Origin: Fibrobacter succinogenes subsp. succinogenes S85
GTDB lineage: Bacteria; Fibrobacterota; Fibrobacteria; Fibrobacterales; Fibrobacteraceae
Direction of reading: 5' to 3'
Assembly (NCBI RefSeq): GCF_000146505.1
Contig: NC_017448.1
Span: forward strand, 2,340,001 to 2,372,000
DNA length: 32,000 nt
This document shows positions 30,114-32,000 of this stretch, in pieces. The position numbers were made by a program, and so were the translations under genes. Under the pieces are notes generated by a model. It searched no databases and was not told where the DNA came from. It saw nothing but the letters and a program-made list of their open reading frames with translations. Within the stretch, counting starts at the first letter, position 1, and every line of letters starts with the position of its first letter.

Positions 30114-31661
30114 TTAGAACTGTTCGAAGAACTTGTGAGCTTCTTCAGGAACCCAGGTATCCTGCCAGCCGGCACCGACATTCATGCTGCCGTTGTCATG
30201 AGCGGTCCACTGGTGTCCACCCGGCCAGCTGCAGAACTTCACCGGGAAGCGTTCGTCGACAGTCTTGAAGTCATAGCAGACGTGTCCGGTATTGCCGTTG
30301 TTTTCCTGGGGCTTTTCGGCGCTGGCGTCAGTGAAGTTGCCGTTAGCGTCAGCCTTACCGTTTCTCTTGAGGATTCTCGGGAGAGCACTGTTCTTCGCGC
30401 GGTCGTAATTGCACATGCCGTCATTCTTGCCGTGAACTGCCATCCATGCAATCGGCAAGTTCTTGGCATCATAGCGACCTGTTCCTGCAGCCGGGAGCCA
30501 AATGTTGTAGTCTGCAGTTGCGTAGACGGCTACAGCGCGGAGTCTTTCTTGCAAGTCCTGAGCGAGAGAGTTCGTGAACATGGCGCCGAAGCTAAATCCT
30601 GTGGCGAACACGCGGGTGGTGTCAACGCAGTAGTTGTCGAACATCGCAGTAATCATTTCGTCAACGAACTGGTGGTCTTCCTTGCCGTTCCAAGTACCGT
30701 TGTCGTTACCCTGAGGTGCTACGAAGATGTAGTCGCCGTTCTTGTCCAGTTTCTGCTGGCCATAATACGGAGTCGGATGGTCGTAGTCCGGATTATGGTG
30801 CACAAAGTCTTCGGCCTTAGATCCCATGCAGTGGTTTGCAATAAGGAGCTTGTGTGGCTTGGTGTTGTCGTAATTGTTTGGCAAGGTGATGAAGAATGTG
30901 CGATTCTTTCCTCCAACGTTAATGGAGAACTGTTCGCCATTTTCGACCTTTCTGTTGGATCTCAAGCTGGAAGCCTTGCCGCACCCTTTACTCTTGCGCG
31001 GTTCGTTCTTGAGGGCATAGCCGAATTTGAAGGTCTGTTCTGCCGGTACGCTCTTCGTGAGCTTCACGTTGAGCGTGGTATCGAGCGTGTTGAGCTTAAT
31101 GGTGAGCGTGTCGTAGTCTGTTGCGACAAACTGGATGGCTTCACCTTTCTGGGCGTCCTTCATGAGGGCGTTTGCCTGCGAACCGAAAGAGCTCTCAAAG
31201 CTGCCGTCTGTCGTGAACTTGAATTTCTGCGTAGCAGAACCGACGGTAACCTGTGCAAAATAGGTGCCGCGAGCTTTGAGGCCCTTGCTCAGGTCGTACG
31301 TGCCGGAGCCCTGCAGAGTCTTTTTGAAAACCTGGTTGCCGAGCGAGTTGTAAATCTTTACCTGAACAGGCGAGGTGCTGCTCTGGGAGTAAGAGAGAAT
31401 GCCATTGTTGACGCTGATGTATCCGACTGCGTTTCTGAAGCTCGGATTGATGCCCACTTCTTCTTCGTCTTCGTGGATAGTGAATTTACCCTGGTCGTCT
31501 GTCTTTGTGGTCTTGCCTTCCTTGAGCAAGCTGACGTCAACGTCCTTGATAAGTTTGCCCTGATCGTCGGAAACGGTTCCGCTAATCGTGTAGGCAAATG
31601 ATGTGGTACATAAAGCCGCAACGCATGCTGCGGTAACGAACGAAAGACGTTTCGCTTTCAT
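30114..31661 (-). CDS. secreted esterase, tandem paralog of 28355-29869
   Basis: I chose the start at MKAKRLSF (AGGAG upstream). Same domain order, GFSFGAM, and a shared C-terminus WVPEE.HKFFEQF. Confidence 0.8.
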   Translation of the reverse strand: MKAKRLSFVTAACVAALCTTSFAYTISGTVSDDQGKLIKDVDVSLLKEGKTTKTDDQGKFTIHEDEEEVGINPSFRNAVGYISVNNGILSYSQSSTSPVQVKIYNSLGNQVFKKTLQGSGTYDLSKGLKARGTYFAQVTVGSATQKFKFTTDGSFESSFGSQANALMKDAQKGEAIQFVATDYDTLTIKLNTLDTTLNVKLTKSVPAEQTFKFGYALKNEPRKSKGCGKASSLRSNRKVENGEQFSINVGGKNRTFFITLPNNYDNTKPHKLLIANHCMGSKAEDFVHHNPDYDHPTPYYGQQKLDKNGDYIFVAPQGNDNGTWNGKEDHQFVDEMITAMFDNYCVDTTRVFATGFSFGAMFTNSLAQDLQERLRAVAVYATADYNIWLPAAGTGRYDAKNLPIAWMAVHGKNDGMCNYDRAKNSALPRILKRNGKADANGNFTDASAEKPQENNGNTGHVCYDFKTVDERFPVKFCSWPGGHQWTAHDNGSMNVGAGWQDTWVPEEAHKFFEQF

Positions 31662-31858
31662 CGAACACTCCTTTTTGAAATCCAAAAATTTCTCTCTGGA
31701 CCTCTTAACCCAATCCTAATTTATTTTCCAAAAAGAAAATAATCTCTTATGTAAATATATTGTTATGGACATTTTGTCAAGGACCTTGGACAAAGAACTG
31801 ACTTTGTAAGAAATTTGTAAACTTTGGACGGGTCAAGTTAAATTCTATATATACACCT

Positions 31859-32000
31859 ATGAACCACATTGCAATTTTTATCGACGCAGAAAACTTGACC
31901 AACTGGGTCAAAAATAACGGTGTACAGTCGCTTATGGATGAACTTTTGCCGCTCGGGCAGATTGTCGTGCGCAAGGCTTATGGTAAATGGTCTACGCCGC
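31859..32000 (+). CDS. NYN (LabA/DUF88-like) domain protein, N-terminal part (continues beyond the window)
   Basis: MNHIAIFIDAENLTNW..VVRKAYGKW is the typical NYN N-terminus. The frame is open to the window end. Confidence 0.65.
   Translation, partial: MNHIAIFIDAENLTNWVKNNGVQSLMDELLPLGQIVVRKAYGKWSTP

Noticed and set aside
1-32000. Transposase or IS elements, integrases, and rRNA or tRNA genes.
   Set aside because: None is visible. The only mobile-element-like protein signal is the short Rpn-like remnant at 14847-15191.

Overview
The window has three parts.

(1) 1-1360: the end of one P-loop GTPase gene and a complete paralog (250-1266) with a glycine-zipper-like tail.

(2) 1371-14325: a CRISPR super-locus on the + strand.
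- It holds nine tandem arrays (A0-A8). Each has its own ~255-nt leader copy. The repeat is 37 nt: CCCTGAAAAGCATT[C/A]CTCTCGCAAGAGAGATTAAGAC.
- The arrays are separated by a reiterated inter-array cassette. The cassette is: terminal half-repeat plus T-tract, a promoter, a ~80-nt hairpin sRNA with its own terminator, a second promoter, two conserved small ORFs (31 aa and 18-20 aa), and a terminator.
- In one cassette slot, cas1-cas2 (4527-5830) replaces the small-ORF module.
- Twenty repeats are split at exactly the same position by an 82-85 nt structured element, called RSE here (repeat-splitting structured element). Each RSE is flanked by a 16-bp duplication of the repeat palindrome. Several RSE helices show compensatory covariation. 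I do not recognise the RSE as any described element.

(3) 15373-24687: a type III (III-D-like) effector operon.
- It encodes a CARF/HEPN Csx1-like protein, a minimal HD-less Cas10 (505 aa, GGDD intact), several RAMP proteins (one is a Cas7-Cas7 fusion; one is a 755-aa RAMP with a coiled-coil tail) and two small accessory ORFs.
- No cas6 or obvious cas11 is present.

The rest of the window is housekeeping or accessory: a BASS-like transporter, a YhhN-like membrane protein, a cupin, a phosphohexomutase, two tandem paralogous secreted esterases on the - strand, and the start of a NYN-domain gene. The organism is possibly from the Fibrobacter/FCB group; this is a guess from gene content only.

Noncoding coordinates are hand-counted and may be off by a few nt.
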